The notes beneath the pieces were generated by a model, which did not search any database, had not been told where the DNA came from, and saw only the letters and a list, made by a program, of their open reading frames with translations. Positions 53,350-54,895 of a stretch of DNA of 54,895 bases are shown here, piece after piece. The DNA comes from an uncultured Akkermansia sp. (GTDB lineage: Bacteria > Verrucomicrobiota > Kiritimatiellia > RFP12 > JAAYNR01). The translations under genes were made by a program, and so were the position numbers. Numbering within the stretch: position 1 is the stretch's first letter; every line of letters starts with the position of its first letter. Where the stretch lies: positions 1 through 54,895 of the forward strand of contig CAZOJL010000006.1 of assembly GCA_964580075.1 (NCBI GenBank), in the 5' to 3' direction.

Positions 53350-54218
53350 GTCTGTGTTTGTCCGTATCTGTCCTTGTCCGTCAGTTTTCCGCCGCTCACC
53401 GTCTCCCACAGCGCCCGAAACCGTTCCCGGTATTCCGGCAGCGCGTCCACGATCAACTCGCCGCGTGAATAAGCTTCCGCGATGCGCCGGTCGTCCGGGA
53501 TCTCGCCGAACACCGGAATCCACTCCTCGCGACAGTACGCCTGCACGCGGTCATCCCCGCTGCCGGCGCGATTGACCACCACGCCGAACGGCACCTTCAT
53601 CTCCCGCACCATCGCCACCGCCAGCTTCAAGTCATTCAGCCCGAAGGGAGTCGGCTCGGTCACCAGCACCACGGTGTCGGTCTCGCGCAGCGTGGCGATC
53701 ACGGGACAGGAGGTGCCGGGCGGCGCGTCCAGAATGGCGTCGCCCTCCTTCGGAATATGGGCTTTGACCGCACGGATCAGCGGCGGCGACATCGCCACGC
53801 CGACGTCGAGCCGACCTTGGACCAGCGTGATCTCTCCCGCACGTCGCGTCTCGACCACACCGATGCGCCTGGGCACTTCTAAAATCGCGCCCTTCGGACA
53901 CACCCGCATGCAGCCGCCGCAGCCGTGGCACATCTCTGGAAACACAAGCACCCGCTTAGCGAGCACGGCCAGCGCCTTGTATTCGCAAAAACGACTGCAT
54001 TCGCCGCACCCGTCGCACAGCGCCTCGTCCACCTCCGGCACGGGAATCGAGACCGTCTCCTGATCCCCGCACAGTTCGCCTTTGAGAAACAGGTGCGCGT
54101 TGGGTTCCTCCACGTCGCAGTCCAACAGATGCACGTCCGTGCCGCACACCCGTGCCAGATTCACTGCGACCGTCGTCTTGCCGGTCCCGCCTTTGCCCGA
54201 TGCCACCGCGATGATCAT
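53346..54218 (-). CDS. MinD/Mrp/CooC-type P-loop ATPase with a 2x[4Fe-4S] ferredoxin domain (paralog)
   Basis: MIIAVASGKGGTGKTT. CDGCGECSRFC and CHGCGGCMRVC motifs. Confidence 0.75.
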   Translation of the reverse strand: MIIAVASGKGGTGKTTVAVNLARVCGTDVHLLDCDVEEPNAHLFLKGELCGDQETVSIPVPEVDEALCDGCGECSRFCEYKALAVLAKRVLVFPEMCHGCGGCMRVCPKGAILEVPRRIGVVETRRAGEITLVQGRLDVGVAMSPPLIRAVKAHIPKEGDAILDAPPGTSCPVIATLRETDTVVLVTEPTPFGLNDLKLAVAMVREMKVPFGVVVNRAGSGDDRVQAYCREEWIPVFGEIPDDRRIAEAYSRGELIVDALPEYRERFRALWETVSGGKLTDKDRYGQTQT

Positions 54219-54223
54219 GATTA

Positions 54224-54300
54224 CGCCCAATGCCCTTCGACGTCCGCCGACGTGTTTTCCTTCAGCTTCCCGTTGCTGTAGAGCTCCATCGCCGCAGCCA
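54224..54300 (-). pseudogene. Possible C-terminal remnant of a NifX-like gene
   Basis: Encodes ..VAAAMELYSNGKLKENTSADVEGHWA-stop. This parallels the C-terminus ..IRTFKAGELKETTVANVEGHW of 31842-32201. No matching N-terminal part in frame. Confidence 0.3.
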
Positions 54301-54308
54301 CTCTCTCA

Positions 54309-54704
54309 CTAAGCTTTCCGTGCGGCGCAACAGCCTCCCGTGCCGTCGCGTCGCCGCATCCGCCGTCGTCCGCAACACCCCGGCATCGCGAATGCCGCGC
54401 CCTTGAGCAATCCGTCAAACGAGGCATGAATGACCTGGCACAAATCACCGGCAATAAACGGAACAACCTTGATGCCGACGGCGGCGAGCCGCGCCTGCAG
54501 CGGACGCGAAATCGCGCCGCACACGAGCGTGCCCACGCCCTGCGCAGAGAGCCAGGCAATCTTTTGCCGAATGTCATCCCCGACAATCGCGTGCGCCTTT
54601 TCAGCCGTGATACGCATGCCGTCCGACTCGACCAAATGAATCTGGCGCGCGGTGTCGAAGACGGGAGCGATCCGTTGCTCCCAAACTGAGAAGGCCGTTT
54701 TCAT
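54309..54704 (-). CDS. NifB/NifX-family protein with a Cys/Arg-rich tail
   Basis: MKTAFSVWEQRIAPVFDTARQIHLVE..GVGTLVCGAIS..GIKVVPF, followed by the AMPGCCGRRRMRRR tail. Confidence 0.65.
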   Translation of the reverse strand: MKTAFSVWEQRIAPVFDTARQIHLVESDGMRITAEKAHAIVGDDIRQKIAWLSAQGVGTLVCGAISRPLQARLAAVGIKVVPFIAGDLCQVIHASFDGLLKGAAFAMPGCCGRRRMRRRDGTGGCCAARKA

Positions 54705-54717
54705 AATGTTGTATAAG

Positions 54718-54732
54718 GCATGGCTCGTGCCA
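54718..54732 (-). promoter_or_regulatory. Sigma-54-type promoter candidate
   Basis: The minus strand reads TGGCACGagccATGC, with both the GG and GC elements at correct spacing. Only 13 nt separate the GC from the ATG at 54704. Confidence 0.4.
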
Positions 54733-54895
54733 AGCGCTCACTTCTTGGGAAGATGATCGTAACACGCGCCCCGTCAATGACTTGCGGTCCATGTGAAGGC
54801 GTCTGCCTCAAAATATGTAGGTGCATTATTGCAATCTATTTTTGTAACCGTTCACGGCGTCTTTCTTCTCACGGATCCGCCCGCCGCATGCGGGA

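Noticed and set aside
1-54895. CRISPR arrays, rRNA/tRNA genes, prophage structural genes, diversity-generating retroelements or retron reverse transcriptases
   Set aside because: By eye I found no short-spacer direct repeat arrays, no tRNA-like cloverleaf candidates and no RT or capsid/terminase motifs in any listed ORF.

Overview
High-GC bacterial chromosomal window. The gene content (nine-heme cytochrome c, siroheme-dependent Ahb heme pathway, NifX/MinD-ferredoxin clusters) suggests an anaerobe. A PVC-superphylum origin is only a guess, based on the style of the interspersed palindromic repeats.

Layout:
- (1) 82-2436 (-): secreted nine-heme cytochrome c.
- (2) 2824-7368 (+): hemX-like, hemA, ahbC, ahbD, all joined by ATGA stop/start overlaps.
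- (3) 7400-26800 (+): a roughly 19.5-kb defense island on the same strand, sitting inside the heme operon.
- (4) 26852-31338 (+): second half of the heme operon, with fused ahbA/B, a CbiK-type chelatase, sirC, and a HemC(truncated)-CobA-HemD triple fusion.
- (5) 31339-34632: sigma-54 activator remnant, NifX-like gene, DUF5320 gene, a ferritin-like gene broken by a MITE, and an FAD oxidoreductase.
- (6) 34825-39716 (-): secreted DUF4159/beta-propeller protein plus a duplicated YibE/F membrane protein.
- (7) 39979-44613 (+): His/Cys-rich small protein, His-rich outer-membrane barrel, znuABC.
- (8) 44585-50593 (-): radical SAM, ECF CbiO/CbiQ, SAM methyltransferase, S-component-like protein, TonB-dependent receptor.
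- (9) 50738-54704 (-): C_GCAxxG_C_C, MBL-fold, NifX-like, two MinD/ferredoxin ATPases, NifX-like.

Most interesting region: the island. It looks like three methyltransferase-led defense loci telescoped together, because the roughly 80-nt methyltransferase 3' tail occurs three times and the copies differ mostly at synonymous positions. The island contains:
- a PglX/type IIG-like N6-adenine methyltransferase;
- a PARIS-like ATPase-TOPRIM fusion;
- an AIPR gene with a coupled TPR-like partner;
- a PHP-SMC ATPase coupled to an AlbA_2/GHKL protein;
- a PIN toxin pair;
- a second AAA ATPase + AlbA_2/GHKL + PLD-SNF2 helicase module.

An ATPase followed by an AlbA_2/GHKL protein occurs twice, and this is my best candidate for an undescribed module. 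REP-like palindromes sit in frame inside the methyltransferase and the helicase, exactly where catalytic motifs are expected. Two MITE-like elements elsewhere each carry a 12-bp flanking duplication. All family calls come from motif recognition by eye; no searches were run.
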